A DNA stretch of 64,000 bases from a virus, in the IMG/VR virus record IMGVR_UViG_3300007276_000043, positions 1 through 64,000 of that record; one strand, 5' to 3'. The notes beneath the pieces were generated by a model. The model had not been told where the DNA came from and made no database searches. It saw nothing but the letters and a program-made list of their open reading frames with translations. Made by a program: the position numbers and the translations under genes. Shown here piece by piece: positions 1 through 10,631 of the stretch (the first letter of the stretch is position 1; every line of letters begins with the position of its first letter).

Positions 1-803
1 AACCAAGCAAAGAACCGCTGTTTTGCTTTTGATCTCTCGGTTATGTTATGGTATATGTTATTCATATTCCATTCGTGGATATCTTCTTCTGGTTGTTCCT
101 TACCGGCAAGAGAAATTAGGGTTCTAATCTCTGCTCCGTTAAAGTCAAGTTGAACAAAGACATCATTGGTTGGAACAACACAATCGGCGATCTCTTTCTT
201 CAAATTTAGGATTGGAAAAGACCCTTGTTTCGTTGTTAATCTTCCCGTCACAGATCCCCATACATCGTACAGAATGGGGGTATTTTCGCCTTTAACTTGC
301 TCAAATAGATACCTAGCCTTTCTATCGTGCTTGCTATGTCTATAGAGCCGATTTAGGTCAATTGCGGGGATTTTTTGTGAAATATCATCGCACAACTCCA
401 TTACATCAACCATATGTTGGTGATTCTGTGGTTTCTGGTGATTCTCAAGTACCCAATTGGTTATGTCGTTCTTGACCTCGCAATAATGTCGGAGGTGTTG
501 TTGAGGTATAATCTCAAACAAACAAACATCATCATAGTTTATCTTAGCGTGTGCGGTTGCTCTCAAAAAACTTCTAATCTTCCGAGAATATACTTCATAC
601 CGGTCTTGAAGGTGGACGGGACCGACTTTACCAATCTCTCTGCCGCCGCAATAGATAGAGCCATAATTGATATTCCGACCAAGAAGGTGAGGACACCACT
701 CCCAAGTACGATCAAGGTTGCTTGGGAAATTGTCGTAAATAAAACTTCCATTATAATAGATTCCATAGCACTCTCTCCTGTCGTCTAATATTTGGAATGT
801 CAT
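1..803 (-). CDS. Family-A DNA polymerase-like protein, 5' part (runs off the left edge; not in ORF track)
   Basis: Manual translation from ATG at 803 (TAATG overlap with upstream stop): MTFQILDDRRECYGIYY...WGSVTGRLTT...FPILNL...VQLDFNGAEIRTL...EDIH...RSKAKQRFFAW. These match PolA TGRL, motif A (DxxxxExR) and motif B (RxxAK..F). Frame is open to the window edge. Confidence 0.75.
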   Translation of the reverse strand, partial: MTFQILDDRRECYGIYYNGSFIYDNFPSNLDRTWEWCPHLLGRNINYGSIYCGGREIGKVGPVHLQDRYEVYSRKIRSFLRATAHAKINYDDVCLFEIIPQQHLRHYCEVKNDITNWVLENHQKPQNHQHMVDVMELCDDISQKIPAIDLNRLYRHSKHDRKARYLFEQVKGENTPILYDVWGSVTGRLTTKQGSFPILNLKKEIADCVVPTNDVFVQLDFNGAEIRTLISLAGKEQPEEDIHEWNMNNIYHNITERSKAKQRFFAW

Positions 804-2086
804 TAGTAGCCCCCACTAGACCCTCCGTTGTTTATTTTTGAAGCACCTGAAGTTGATTCAGTGGAGGGCTCGGTATCTTTATTTCTTTCTTCTTCCCTGT
901 GAATGAAGTAATTCAAACCACCATACTTAGATTTGTATGTATCTCGGAAAGTATTATTAATATACCTCATTGCTTGAAAGTTGTCAACATATTTTGTTGT
1001 TTTTATTCTTTTAATAAGCTTATTAAACATTTGCTCACTCAATGCACCCCTTTCTTCAATATTTCTAATCTGAGTATATGCTGAGAGCCATTGATTAATA
1101 GAAATACTTTGTTGTGCTTGGGCTATGGTAATTGGTTCTCTATATTTTATAACTGAGGTTAGTTTCTTTACGCAACGAGGTTTAACTATTTTTTCAAGTT
1201 GAAAATTTGCGACAAAAAGATTGTACCCATCAACAAGTTTGGTCTGCATTAAATCATAATCAAGTGTGTAAGCATACCCATAACGACTCAAAAATACGTC
1301 TTCTGTTGAATATATTGTGTTGTTTTTAGCGAACGGAAGTAAACCTGGGGATAGAATGTCTGCAACCATGACTGTTGGAGCCAATTGCGAAATCAAGAAA
1401 CCATTTGCTCGGCAAACTTTTGAATAGTATGTAAACGAAGGACTGTTTAAAACCAAATTTTCTATAGCAGGGTCGGTTCCAAAAGATAACTGCCCTATGT
1501 TGATTGCTAAACCAGAAGTAAAGATATTAGAAGTTGTTGATCGATGCCAAGAAGTAAGGGTAAATGGGATATGATTTGGATTTTGATGCAAAAATTTGAT
1601 AAAGTGATTAATAAAGTCGCTAAACTTTATTACCTCTTTTCTTACATTATCGTTGTCGAGGTAATCAAAAATATACCTATTCATTAATTGCGTTATATAA
1701 TTATTATATAATTTAACAGGGGATTCATATGCTCTCTTGATACTAAACTTAGAAAATATTGGGTCATTGCTTGGAATGGTTCCATTTTCTTGTGCGGCCT
1801 TCATTGCACCCTTGACGGATACAAAAGCGTCTGATACGAAATCAAGTAACCTATAAGAAGACTCGGTATTATCCTCTGAAACTATGACTTTCATAAAGTT
1901 CTCATTTGGATATATTGTGTTTAACCTTGTATCAACTCTTCCATACAAAACGTCTTCCGCGAAACTAAAGTCCCTAATCTCTGGGTTTGTTTGTCGGGAA
2001 GGCAAAGCCTCTCTTTTATACAGTATTCTGTAATAATAAGCCTGCCATGGAGACGATATTAGATTATTTGCTTTAAAATGAGCCAC
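803..2086 (-). CDS. Hypothetical protein (427 aa), possibly virion-associated; S/G-rich tail ending GGY
   Basis: Long ORF in operon context after baseplate genes; no recognisable motif. Confidence 0.6.
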   Translation of the reverse strand: MAHFKANNLISSPWQAYYYRILYKREALPSRQTNPEIRDFSFAEDVLYGRVDTRLNTIYPNENFMKVIVSEDNTESSYRLLDFVSDAFVSVKGAMKAAQENGTIPSNDPIFSKFSIKRAYESPVKLYNNYITQLMNRYIFDYLDNDNVRKEVIKFSDFINHFIKFLHQNPNHIPFTLTSWHRSTTSNIFTSGLAINIGQLSFGTDPAIENLVLNSPSFTYYSKVCRANGFLISQLAPTVMVADILSPGLLPFAKNNTIYSTEDVFLSRYGYAYTLDYDLMQTKLVDGYNLFVANFQLEKIVKPRCVKKLTSVIKYREPITIAQAQQSISINQWLSAYTQIRNIEERGALSEQMFNKLIKRIKTTKYVDNFQAMRYINNTFRDTYKSKYGGLNYFIHREEERNKDTEPSTESTSGASKINNGGSSGGY

Positions 2087-2100
2087 AGTTTGTTTTTCCT

Positions 2101-5100
2101 TTATGGGGGGGTTTTCTTATTTTTCTTTTGACCTTTGGTCAATTGTTGCGCTTTAATGCTTCTTTGTAATGCGTTTTCCACAATTTGAACACATTTGAAG
2201 CTTGATTTATTAGAGTCGTCTGATTCGCTAACTTCTGAGGGCGTAGTGGTCACTGTTTGTCCGTCTAAAGCCATTGTTCGCGAATCACCATCACCGCTAT
2301 ATTGAAACACAGCAGAAACATTTGTTTTAAAACCAGAGGGGCTAATAGTGGAGTTAACCTTTGTTATAATATGGTAACCTCCAATGCCTAACGCATTAGC
2401 AACCGACCTTGATTTTCCTCCTGCTGTTGGGTCCCAATCGGAACCACCGAATCCGCGAGGGTCTATAAATATCTCCATACCAGGATAAAATAGTGTATTT
2501 CCAAATAGTTCTAACTCTACATTATAGACTGCTCCAAGTTGTAACAAACCATAGTTACCTTGGTTGTAGAACCTCGCTTCTCGTAAATAAGCCATATCCG
2601 TTTTGGCGAACTTAATGTTTTTCAACAAGCCCCTATCAGAACCTATTTGAAAGTGATAGGTTCCAGTTTTTTCATCGTCAATTCGTTTTCCCCTGCCTGT
2701 GTGGCTAGTGGAAAGGACTGGCGATACTGGATATAATAATGTATAATCAAAATAGTTTTTAAGTGGTATCTCAGGGTCGTCTGGGTCTGCTGTTTTGAGT
2801 GGAAAATATGGTTTTTTTCCCTTGTTATATAACTTATCAACGTTTATAAGACTGCCTTGTGAGGGCTCTTTATCTGTATCTGTTATGAAGTTTACTTTTT
2901 TTGCGTATAAAAGAGAGTCTTTATAAATTTTCTTTTTCCCACCGAGTACTTTACCAAGAGCGGTTATTTGTGTTGTTTGGAACATTAACGAGACATCCAA
3001 TTGCCTATTGATGCAGGCGTCTGTTATAAGATCTACTAGAGCCCTCAAGAGATCTCTAATGAAATCAATCAATGGATATACTTGTTTTTCGCTTTTTACA
3101 ACATTGTTGATCATCCATTCATTAAAGTATTTAACAGAAATGGGCATGTCTGCTATGTTTGCACTGAAGATTGGATCTTTTGAATTGTAATCGCTATAAA
3201 TAAAAGAAGACAAAAGAAGAACAAATTTTTCAGTTTCTTTTCTTCTTTTTATAAACTCTTTTTCAATATCCTTTTTCAAACTAAACCTTTCTGGTACAGG
3301 CCCTGAAGGTAGAAATAAGCAGTCCATAATTGTGTGAATAATGTCGCCCAGAAAATAAAATTTAACCAACTGCTGACCTGGGGCTGCTTTTGTATTTAAA
3401 TTTACCTCACCCGATAATTCTGGTGGATCGGAGACAAAATCTTCTAAATATTCTGATACTGCTTTTTTTGGAAATGAAATAGTTCTCTGTAGACCCCTTG
3501 CGATGAGACGCTTAACAATTGATTCCCTAGAGGCTTTTATGTAATCTTTTTCGCTCTGTGCTTGATTTCTCTTTAATAGTTTTATTTGTCCAGCAGTGCA
3601 TTCGTTATTTTCTAATAGCTTTTGTATCTGCTTTCTTTCTCTTAACTTAAATGCTTCTATTTGCGGAGTTGAAAGAGCGTTCATTAGTGTGGATCTCAAC
3701 TGCGATTCTATATAAGCAGCATATGAAATTTTAATCTCTACAGAGCCGTCGTTTCTAAAGTCAATATCATGATCTATCATATTGAGAAGAAATGTTTTAT
3801 TTATCTTACCTATAGCCTTGTTAAAATCTTCAAGCTTAATGTTTCTACTTTGCAACAAATCTTTGAACTCTTTATCGCTCCTAGGATACCACCCAACGTC
3901 TGCTCTAATTCTAAAGTTTGTTGGATTATATTGATTAGCGTGAATCGCTCCATCAGTTGGTATTTTTTTATTTGGTTTATTGTTAGCAGTGTTAGGATAC
4001 AACAACAAATCAATATATCTATATGATGTCCCAGAGGATACTCTTTGTTTTGTTAGTTCATTAAAAGATTGAAAAAACAATACCAATTCCGCATTAATAT
4101 CTTTTTTTGCAGTTGCGGGAGTTCCACCTTCATAACTAAAGGAAAAACTTTTAATCCCGCCGCCTTGTCCTTTTTGTATTTGATTCGCATTAGAGAGGCT
4201 TTTCACTTCATTTGGGGAAACAAAGTTTTTAAAAATAAATTCTGTTTCTATATCTGAACCATCAACATCTGCTGTAACCCTGAACAATCTTATTTTAGGT
4301 ATTAGAGCACTCATAAGATCTGGTGTTATATCGAGGAATGGTCTTAGGTCATTTCCTGGTGAAGCTGTTAAAAGATTGGGTATAGAAGTGTGTTTTCCTT
4401 CACTATGCTGTAGGAGGTGAAACCTTCCACCAAAAGGCTCAGGGCTCAATGATACAGATTTTGCGGCTGTTCTGTGTATTGTAAAGAATTCTTCATCAGT
4501 TACAAATTTTTTCATTTCGTCTTTAATCAAATTGTGGTATGCAATTTTTAATGGCTCAATGTTGGTTGATAATAAACACTGGTCGATGTTTTTTCTTCTC
4601 TCTTCCATTCTCCTTCGGGCTTCGTCTGGGTCTAAAGGCGGTGGTGGTGCAGCGGGGGCTGCTGGTATTCCTGCTCCTTTATAAACATCGGCTTGGTCGG
4701 AGGGAGTATTGGCGTCAAGCTTTGCTTGTTTTAGAATATCTGCTATCTGATCGTTGGTTTTTCGTTCTCTCACTAAGTTTTTAACAACCGTCCATCGAAT
4801 TACAACTTCTTTAGTTGATTCTTGTATCAGTAACCATTGGGCTACTTTTGCACTAGCAATATTAACTGCGTCTTTCCACAATTGTATGAGAAAATTGTCT
4901 TGTGACTGCGACGAGTTTGGATCGGGAGACCAAGGTTGCAAGGTTAACCCAGAAGTTTTAAGGGCTTCATCTCGCTCTTCTTCGGTTGTATTTTTATCTA
5001 TTTCATTAAACTTATCAACTCTTTTGTTGAGCTTATCCCATTCCTCATTAACAACCTTAATGGCAAATTTTAAAGGTGCAAAGGTCAGGGTAGCGGGTAA

Positions 5101-6666
5101 TTGACCAGAAACAACAACGCTGCCGCCGCCGGTTCCTTGACTAATTTCTCTTGAGGCGGCAGAGACTATTTGTTGCGCTAATTTATCGCCGTGTTTATCG
5201 GGATCATAATCTAAAATTGTATTTTCTTTTGGAATGTCCAATAATTTTGAAACCGTTGGTCCTGGGGCATTGTTTATCTTTACTCTATTTGCAATATCTG
5301 CTTCCAAAATAGCCGTCAGGGTGATTGAGTCTTCAGACTTTGGTGGGCGAGTAATTGGGCTTTTATATGTCTTTATCGACTGTGGTAAGAATTCAATTCC
5401 TGAGTCTTTTAATTGTTCAAACCTTTCCAATGGAATAATTGCAGGATTCTTAAGAAATCTAAATGCCGAGTTGACTTTTAAATTTGGATAGTAGCCAGTG
5501 AATAGAGCTTCAGGGGGGCCGCCCTTTTCTATGAAGGCATCGAATGGACCAGCCTGTACTCCATCGTCAACCCTTGGTGTATCTTTATATGTAAGAGGAG
5601 GGAAAGCAAGAGTCAATTGATCTGGGCTGAATTTTACCATAAACGGAGCGAGCCCTGTTCTTGAGCCGCTGTTACTATATCTCTCGCTATATTGAGGTAT
5701 TGCTACATATCCCTCTGGAGATCCGGGGGAACCATGAGATATATACTTAGCGAAAGTTTGTAATGTAAACGATTCGCCCAACAAGTCTCCCAAACTGGAG
5801 CCTATATTCCCTGTGTCTCTTTCTAATTCATTAGTTTTGCTGTAGTGTTTATCCCAAAAATCCTTTAATGGAAGCACGTTGACGTACTTTTTCTTACCGG
5901 GGCCTGCGTCCATGATGTTTAGATAAGCAACATCATTTTCGGCGTAACGCTTACCACTCATTAAAAGAAACAATTTTCTTTCACCAGAGGTCCAAGTGTC
6001 TGGGCTTCCTTTTTTCTCTAAATGGTCTCTGAAAATGTAATTTAAATATGTAAAGCCATTGTCTTCTATGCTTTTGGGCAGCCCACCAAATATTACAGGC
6101 GGTAGCCTTCCTCTGAAAAAGTCGTCATATTTCTCATAATCTGATTTATTAAAAAAGACTCCGTACTTGAATGTACTGTTGTTTATAGCAGAATAAAAAA
6201 TATTTTGGGCAAGACCGGCCGATTCAAGCAAAGCATTAAATTGTTTGCCTGCGACCTTTGATACCCTGTATTCCTCTGGTATATTAACAGTTTGAACCTC
6301 AGTATTCCCGTTGCTAAAAACTTTTACTTGACTATATGTTTGCAACAAATATGCTATAAAAATAGGATCATTAAAGAAGCCTTTTACTTTATCTATTTCA
6401 CTGTTTTTATAAAGCAAAGACTGCAAATACATACCGATCTGAAGCCCACCAATTGAAGCATTATAATACCCTGAGTCTTTACCTGCTGCTGCTGCTGCGG
6501 GGTCGATATTGTCTCCACTCTTGGGCCAAGACTCGGTGCCTGATTTCCCGGCATCTCTATCAAGCGTGGCTTGATAAAACTCAATAGTACCGATTTTGGC
6601 TGGACCTTGTTCAATCCATTTTTTAAGTTCTCTTAAAAAACGAGAATCTCTTGGGTCTACAGTCAT
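2101..6666 (-). CDS. Large putative baseplate hub protein (1521 aa)
   Basis: Follows TMP, tube-initiator and LysM genes. C-terminal LELFGNTLFYPGMEIFID...GGYHIITKVNSTISPSGFKT resembles hub (gp27/gpD-like) C-termini. Confidence 0.55.
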   Translation of the reverse strand: MTVDPRDSRFLRELKKWIEQGPAKIGTIEFYQATLDRDAGKSGTESWPKSGDNIDPAAAAAGKDSGYYNASIGGLQIGMYLQSLLYKNSEIDKVKGFFNDPIFIAYLLQTYSQVKVFSNGNTEVQTVNIPEEYRVSKVAGKQFNALLESAGLAQNIFYSAINNSTFKYGVFFNKSDYEKYDDFFRGRLPPVIFGGLPKSIEDNGFTYLNYIFRDHLEKKGSPDTWTSGERKLFLLMSGKRYAENDVAYLNIMDAGPGKKKYVNVLPLKDFWDKHYSKTNELERDTGNIGSSLGDLLGESFTLQTFAKYISHGSPGSPEGYVAIPQYSERYSNSGSRTGLAPFMVKFSPDQLTLAFPPLTYKDTPRVDDGVQAGPFDAFIEKGGPPEALFTGYYPNLKVNSAFRFLKNPAIIPLERFEQLKDSGIEFLPQSIKTYKSPITRPPKSEDSITLTAILEADIANRVKINNAPGPTVSKLLDIPKENTILDYDPDKHGDKLAQQIVSAASREISQGTGGGSVVVSGQLPATLTFAPLKFAIKVVNEEWDKLNKRVDKFNEIDKNTTEEERDEALKTSGLTLQPWSPDPNSSQSQDNFLIQLWKDAVNIASAKVAQWLLIQESTKEVVIRWTVVKNLVRERKTNDQIADILKQAKLDANTPSDQADVYKGAGIPAAPAAPPPPLDPDEARRRMEERRKNIDQCLLSTNIEPLKIAYHNLIKDEMKKFVTDEEFFTIHRTAAKSVSLSPEPFGGRFHLLQHSEGKHTSIPNLLTASPGNDLRPFLDITPDLMSALIPKIRLFRVTADVDGSDIETEFIFKNFVSPNEVKSLSNANQIQKGQGGGIKSFSFSYEGGTPATAKKDINAELVLFFQSFNELTKQRVSSGTSYRYIDLLLYPNTANNKPNKKIPTDGAIHANQYNPTNFRIRADVGWYPRSDKEFKDLLQSRNIKLEDFNKAIGKINKTFLLNMIDHDIDFRNDGSVEIKISYAAYIESQLRSTLMNALSTPQIEAFKLRERKQIQKLLENNECTAGQIKLLKRNQAQSEKDYIKASRESIVKRLIARGLQRTISFPKKAVSEYLEDFVSDPPELSGEVNLNTKAAPGQQLVKFYFLGDIIHTIMDCLFLPSGPVPERFSLKKDIEKEFIKRRKETEKFVLLLSSFIYSDYNSKDPIFSANIADMPISVKYFNEWMINNVVKSEKQVYPLIDFIRDLLRALVDLITDACINRQLDVSLMFQTTQITALGKVLGGKKKIYKDSLLYAKKVNFITDTDKEPSQGSLINVDKLYNKGKKPYFPLKTADPDDPEIPLKNYFDYTLLYPVSPVLSTSHTGRGKRIDDEKTGTYHFQIGSDRGLLKNIKFAKTDMAYLREARFYNQGNYGLLQLGAVYNVELELFGNTLFYPGMEIFIDPRGFGGSDWDPTAGGKSRSVANALGIGGYHIITKVNSTISPSGFKTNVSAVFQYSGDGDSRTMALDGQTVTTTPSEVSESDDSNKSSFKCVQIVENALQRSIKAQQLTKGQKKNKKTPP

Positions 6667-6998
6667 TATTCCACCACCTGTAAAGCATCAGCCAAACTAA
6701 CTGGTATTTTAATTGTATCTCCAATTTTATTATGTGACTCTGTGGGCTTCTTATTGAAAGAGGCAATAACCCACCAATATTGAGGATCTCCATAGTAAAG
6801 AGAAGATAGTTTCCAATACATGTCTCCATACTTCCAAACATAATTTACGGTCTCAATAGAGTCATAAACCTCTTGTTCTAAGACTTCTTTCTCTAGAGTT
6901 CTGTATTGCTCTATTGATCTTTGACCTCTTTTATCAAGGAGGTTTTTGTATTGCTCATCAGAGTTTATTGCTATTCTTCTTTTGTTGTATCTTGACAT
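6666..6998 (-). CDS. LysM-like baseplate wedge/tail protein (T4 gp53 / P2 gpX-like)
   Basis: YVWKYGDMYWKLSSLYYGDPQYWWVIASFN...IGDTIKIP is a typical LysM-type baseplate motif; synteny. Confidence 0.75.
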   Translation of the reverse strand: MSRYNKRRIAINSDEQYKNLLDKRGQRSIEQYRTLEKEVLEQEVYDSIETVNYVWKYGDMYWKLSSLYYGDPQYWWVIASFNKKPTESHNKIGDTIKIPVSLADALQVVE

Positions 6999-7012
6999 AA
7001 TTGTTCTCTGTG

Positions 7013-7609
7013 TTATTTACCAAAAAAGGTATCTGATCCTTTTATCCACTTGTTATCCTTACCAAGACCTTTGGTCGCCTGGTGTAGCACATTAAGTGTA
7101 AAAGACAATGAAATGACTTTTGGATAAAGACTGTTTGAAGAAGTAAACATACCCATTTCTAAAACCGGTGTCCACTCAAGCCCAGACAAATAACCAAGTT
7201 GTGCCTTACTTCCCTCAGAAATTAAGTTTGCAAATTTAACAGATACCAAAGGAGGACGAGATATGAGTTTATCCTTTCCCTTTCCTTTTCCGTCTACATA
7301 ACCAGGATATAGAAATTGAGCCAACTTATCACATTGGTTCAAATTATCCTTTGCTACGTCAAGATTTGCAGCAGGCAAATCAAAGCCTAATGAAATGCTT
7401 CGTCTAGTGCCTTGAAATGTGGCGATTGGATCCATTCTGCCGTATACTTCTTCTTCATTCCAATTGGAAGTAAAGGTTTGCGTGAAAGAGGTTAAAAACG
7501 CAGGAACCACCACTTCAGCACCATTTAGTTTGCTTTTAATTGTTAATTTTGCTTGTTTGTTATCTGCAATTGCTGTTACTGATGTTTCGTAAAATTTTGA
7601 TATTGACAT
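7013..7609 (-). CDS. Tail tube initiator / baseplate tube-like protein
   Basis: WNEEEVYGRMDPIATFQGTRRSISLGF and PPLVSVKFANLI motifs; directly downstream of tape measure. Confidence 0.6.
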   Translation of the reverse strand: MSISKFYETSVTAIADNKQAKLTIKSKLNGAEVVVPAFLTSFTQTFTSNWNEEEVYGRMDPIATFQGTRRSISLGFDLPAANLDVAKDNLNQCDKLAQFLYPGYVDGKGKGKDKLISRPPLVSVKFANLISEGSKAQLGYLSGLEWTPVLEMGMFTSSNSLYPKVISLSFTLNVLHQATKGLGKDNKWIKGSDTFFGK

Positions 7610-7610
7610 T

Positions 7611-10022
7611 TTATGTTCCTGATTTTATGTGACCCTTAGCGATCATTCCTTCTAAAAGTTCAGTTGTAGCTGGACCGTCAAGTTGAATCATCATTGACTT
7701 ATCTTTGTCTTTTTCACCTGAGAAATAACCCCCAACACTATCGATGAAGCTGCCGAGGTTTCTACTCAATGCTGCACCAGCACCACCTTGGTTCATTTCA
7801 CCAGCGGCTTGACCGGTTGTAATAAGAGCCACATTAGCCAATACTGAAGATATTTTTGCACCGGATTGAGACTCTAAATTATCCAATGCTGATTGCGAGA
7901 CGCTTAGTCCTTCACCTATTGCGCTAAAAGCTGCTCTGATATCTAGTGCCATCGCGGCGACTTCTTTCAAGCTTGTTGCCATTCTTGTAACAATGTCTGA
8001 GTTTTTTCCTACACTGTTGATTATAAATCCAACGGCGGTGGCGGCGGCGGCCATTGCCGTCAAGACGCCAACAAAGACGGTTGCACCAATAGAACCAATT
8101 GTACCAAGACCTGCAAATGCTGCCGTAAGAACGCCGACTGCGCTAGCCACAAGATAAAGTCCAGCACCAAAGCCCACCATAGAGAAGCCTATACTAATAA
8201 AACTTGCATCTAATTCAGCCAAGGCCACTAATCCGTCAAATATAACTTTAAACATAAGAGCAATACTGCCTGCTATTAATGCGGCACCAATTCCCACACC
8301 TAACATTGAAAACCCAAGCGTGCCCATTGAAGCTCCAAGTGCCGCTACTTTTGGGGCTGAACTTCCGGCTACTTTACCAAATACCTTAACCATACCGGCA
8401 GCAAGAAGACCCTTTGAGGTTATAAAAATAAACCCTGCGCTCACAAGAACAGTCAAGGGGTGAAAATCTTTTAAAAAATTTAAAAACCCTGCGAACCCTT
8501 CTGCTACTTTTTTGATAAATGGTATTATAGGTTGCACATCAATTGCGAAAGCGGCCATGATTTGTTTTAATTCGTCAACAATGGACATTGCTGCTTTCAT
8601 TTTTTTTGCCATTGCTTCTGCGGTTTTATCGGCTGCTTTCTGTTGAGATTGCATATCCCTGTATGCACCCAAACTCATACCAAGAATCTTATTTGCTTGA
8701 GCCATGTCTTTAATGCCCAACTGAGCGGCAATTGCTTGTTGTGTGAATTTGTCAAGATTTTTAAAGGATGTCCCGGTTGCCTGCATTCCTTTAATAACTT
8801 CTTCAACTCTTTGTCCATGATCCATCATCATCATGTTCACGCCAGAAAAGCTTGTTCCCAAAATAGCATTCATTTTAGCTGCGGTTTGTGCCGAATCAGC
8901 AAAAGTATCAAATTTGTTTGCAATGCCCAATAACGTGTTGACTTCAACACCTGCGACTTGGGCCATTGAGGCTATCTTCATAAATACTTCTGGTGCTTTA
9001 TCACCGTAAACGGCAAGTGTAGCAAGAGAAGAATTAAACTCTTTTGTTATTTTGCTTGCGGTCATTCCAAGAGCTTGTCCCGATAAAGCAATTTCTCTTG
9101 TCAGGTTATTGGCTGCCGTTTCAGACATTCCTAAGCCTTTGGTCAAGTTGTTCAGCGTTTGTGCTGAGTCGTCTGCGGCAACGCCTAGTTTTTCAAGCCC
9201 AACAACAGTACCTAATAAATTTTGTTGCGTCGATGCTGATAATTCAGCAAATTGAGACAGTCCTGTTCTTAAGGATACTAAACCCTTACCAACGTCTTCT
9301 GCACTTACATTGAACCTTTTCATGCTATCATTTGTCGCACTAAGCATTCCATCAAACTCACGACCGAAACCAGTTGATTTCGCATAAGCTGCGCCTGCTT
9401 TGTCAACAGCGGTGGCTTGAGCTATTGTAGCTTCTGCTATTTTACTAATAATTGATACGCTAATGTTAGCAGCGTTAAATACATTTGTGAACCCTTTTGC
9501 AAGACCTTTAAGTCCACCTTCTTTCTTGGCTGCGGCTCCGAGTTCGTAAATTTGTCTTAAAAATTTATTACTGCCCTTGGATAAAAGCCCCATTTTCGTG
9601 GCCATATCTTCAAAAAACGGCTGACCTTTTCTCAGAGCCTCTTCATAGCCGGGACCCATAGCTTCAATTTCTTCTATATACTCTTTGGCGGCGTCAGCGG
9701 CGTCTTTAAGCGCAGCGATTTGGGCTCGTTGCATTTCAATTGCTTGTCTTTCAGCTTCTGTTTTCGCTTCAGTTGTTAACACGGCTTGCGCGTTAAGCTT
9801 TTCATAATCTTTTAAAAGAGTGCGAGCGGCATCAAGCTGACCAATGGTGTCACCAAAGGTTTTCGCCATTTCCATTTGTGCGGCTGTTGCTTTTGCTGTC
9901 TCTGTTGAAACTTCTTTTGTTGCTTTAAAAAGCTTTCTCATGCCCTCGGTATACTGATCGCTAGTAATCGTACCTTCAGCTTTAGCTTTGTTCAGTTTTT
10001 CAATTCTTTCAATTTCAGTCAC
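7611..10022 (-). CDS. Tail tape measure protein (803 aa)
   Basis: Ala/Gly-rich helical protein with a hydrophobic C-terminal half; position after tube and chaperone genes. Confidence 0.75.
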   Translation of the reverse strand: MTEIERIEKLNKAKAEGTITSDQYTEGMRKLFKATKEVSTETAKATAAQMEMAKTFGDTIGQLDAARTLLKDYEKLNAQAVLTTEAKTEAERQAIEMQRAQIAALKDAADAAKEYIEEIEAMGPGYEEALRKGQPFFEDMATKMGLLSKGSNKFLRQIYELGAAAKKEGGLKGLAKGFTNVFNAANISVSIISKIAEATIAQATAVDKAGAAYAKSTGFGREFDGMLSATNDSMKRFNVSAEDVGKGLVSLRTGLSQFAELSASTQQNLLGTVVGLEKLGVAADDSAQTLNNLTKGLGMSETAANNLTREIALSGQALGMTASKITKEFNSSLATLAVYGDKAPEVFMKIASMAQVAGVEVNTLLGIANKFDTFADSAQTAAKMNAILGTSFSGVNMMMMDHGQRVEEVIKGMQATGTSFKNLDKFTQQAIAAQLGIKDMAQANKILGMSLGAYRDMQSQQKAADKTAEAMAKKMKAAMSIVDELKQIMAAFAIDVQPIIPFIKKVAEGFAGFLNFLKDFHPLTVLVSAGFIFITSKGLLAAGMVKVFGKVAGSSAPKVAALGASMGTLGFSMLGVGIGAALIAGSIALMFKVIFDGLVALAELDASFISIGFSMVGFGAGLYLVASAVGVLTAAFAGLGTIGSIGATVFVGVLTAMAAAATAVGFIINSVGKNSDIVTRMATSLKEVAAMALDIRAAFSAIGEGLSVSQSALDNLESQSGAKISSVLANVALITTGQAAGEMNQGGAGAALSRNLGSFIDSVGGYFSGEKDKDKSMMIQLDGPATTELLEGMIAKGHIKSGT

Positions 10023-10025
10023 TCA

Positions 10026-10376
10026 TTAACCCTCGTCTTTGAAAGGCCACAATAATCCTGTTGTATTTTCAAAGTTCTGTACTGCTGTATTTAGTTCTTC
10101 GCGAGCTTTTACAGTTTGAAAGTGTTCTTTACCATAACGAGAATAAACATCAAGATATCCCTTCTCGGCTACAATGGCTTGAGCATATGATTTAACATCT
10201 TTGTGCTTTCCACGAATAATAAATTTAGGACCGGCAGCCTCTTCTTCATTGACGTTAGCGACAACCTTAACATCGTCTCCATACATCATTTTTAATAAAG
10301 ATTTAGACCAAGACCCTAACATCTCCATCCATGTCTCTTTAAGAAGTTTCCTTTCTGATAAATCAATTACTAACAT
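10026..10376 (-). CDS. Hypothetical protein (116 aa)
   Basis: ORF with SD (GGGAG) and upstream ACTATTTA motif. Confidence 0.65.
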   Translation of the reverse strand: MLVIDLSERKLLKETWMEMLGSWSKSLLKMMYGDDVKVVANVNEEEAAGPKFIIRGKHKDVKSYAQAIVAEKGYLDVYSRYGKEHFQTVKAREELNTAVQNFENTTGLLWPFKDEG

Positions 10377-10413
10377 ATAAATTATCTCCCCAATTGTAGT
10401 AAATAGTTTTAAT

Positions 10414-10436
10414 AAAAAAATGCCCCAAAGGGCATT
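10414..10436 (-). terminator. Rho-independent terminator
   Basis: mRNA AAUGCCC-UUUG-GGGCAUU followed by a U-run, right after the stop at 10439. Confidence 0.75.
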
Positions 10437-10438
10437 AT

Positions 10439-10631
10439 TTATCTTCGCTTATGAGCTTTATCTATTTCTTTTTTCTCGTCTTTGAATTGTTTTTGCAGTC
10501 TCTTTAAAAACCACAATCTTAATCCAACAGGTAAATTGTAAGCCTCCATAAAAGACCAACCACCATGATGTTTTAAAAGAAAAAACTGCTCATAAATAGC
10601 CTCAACATATTTATCGGTCAGGCCAAAAAAA
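10439..10631 (-). CDS. C-terminal extension of the tail assembly chaperone (gp51-like), probably reached by frameshift
   Basis: EQFFLLKHHGGWSFMEAYNLPVGLRLWFLKRL resembles T4-like gp51/GT-type segments. It has no proper start and overlaps the end of 10611..11462 at a T7 run in the +1 frame. Confidence 0.6.

Noticed and set aside
563-766. 67-aa minus-strand ORF in the track (and 414..788 on the plus strand)
   Set aside because: Both overlap the PolA-like ORF (803 to <1), which has clear motifs and a coupled start.
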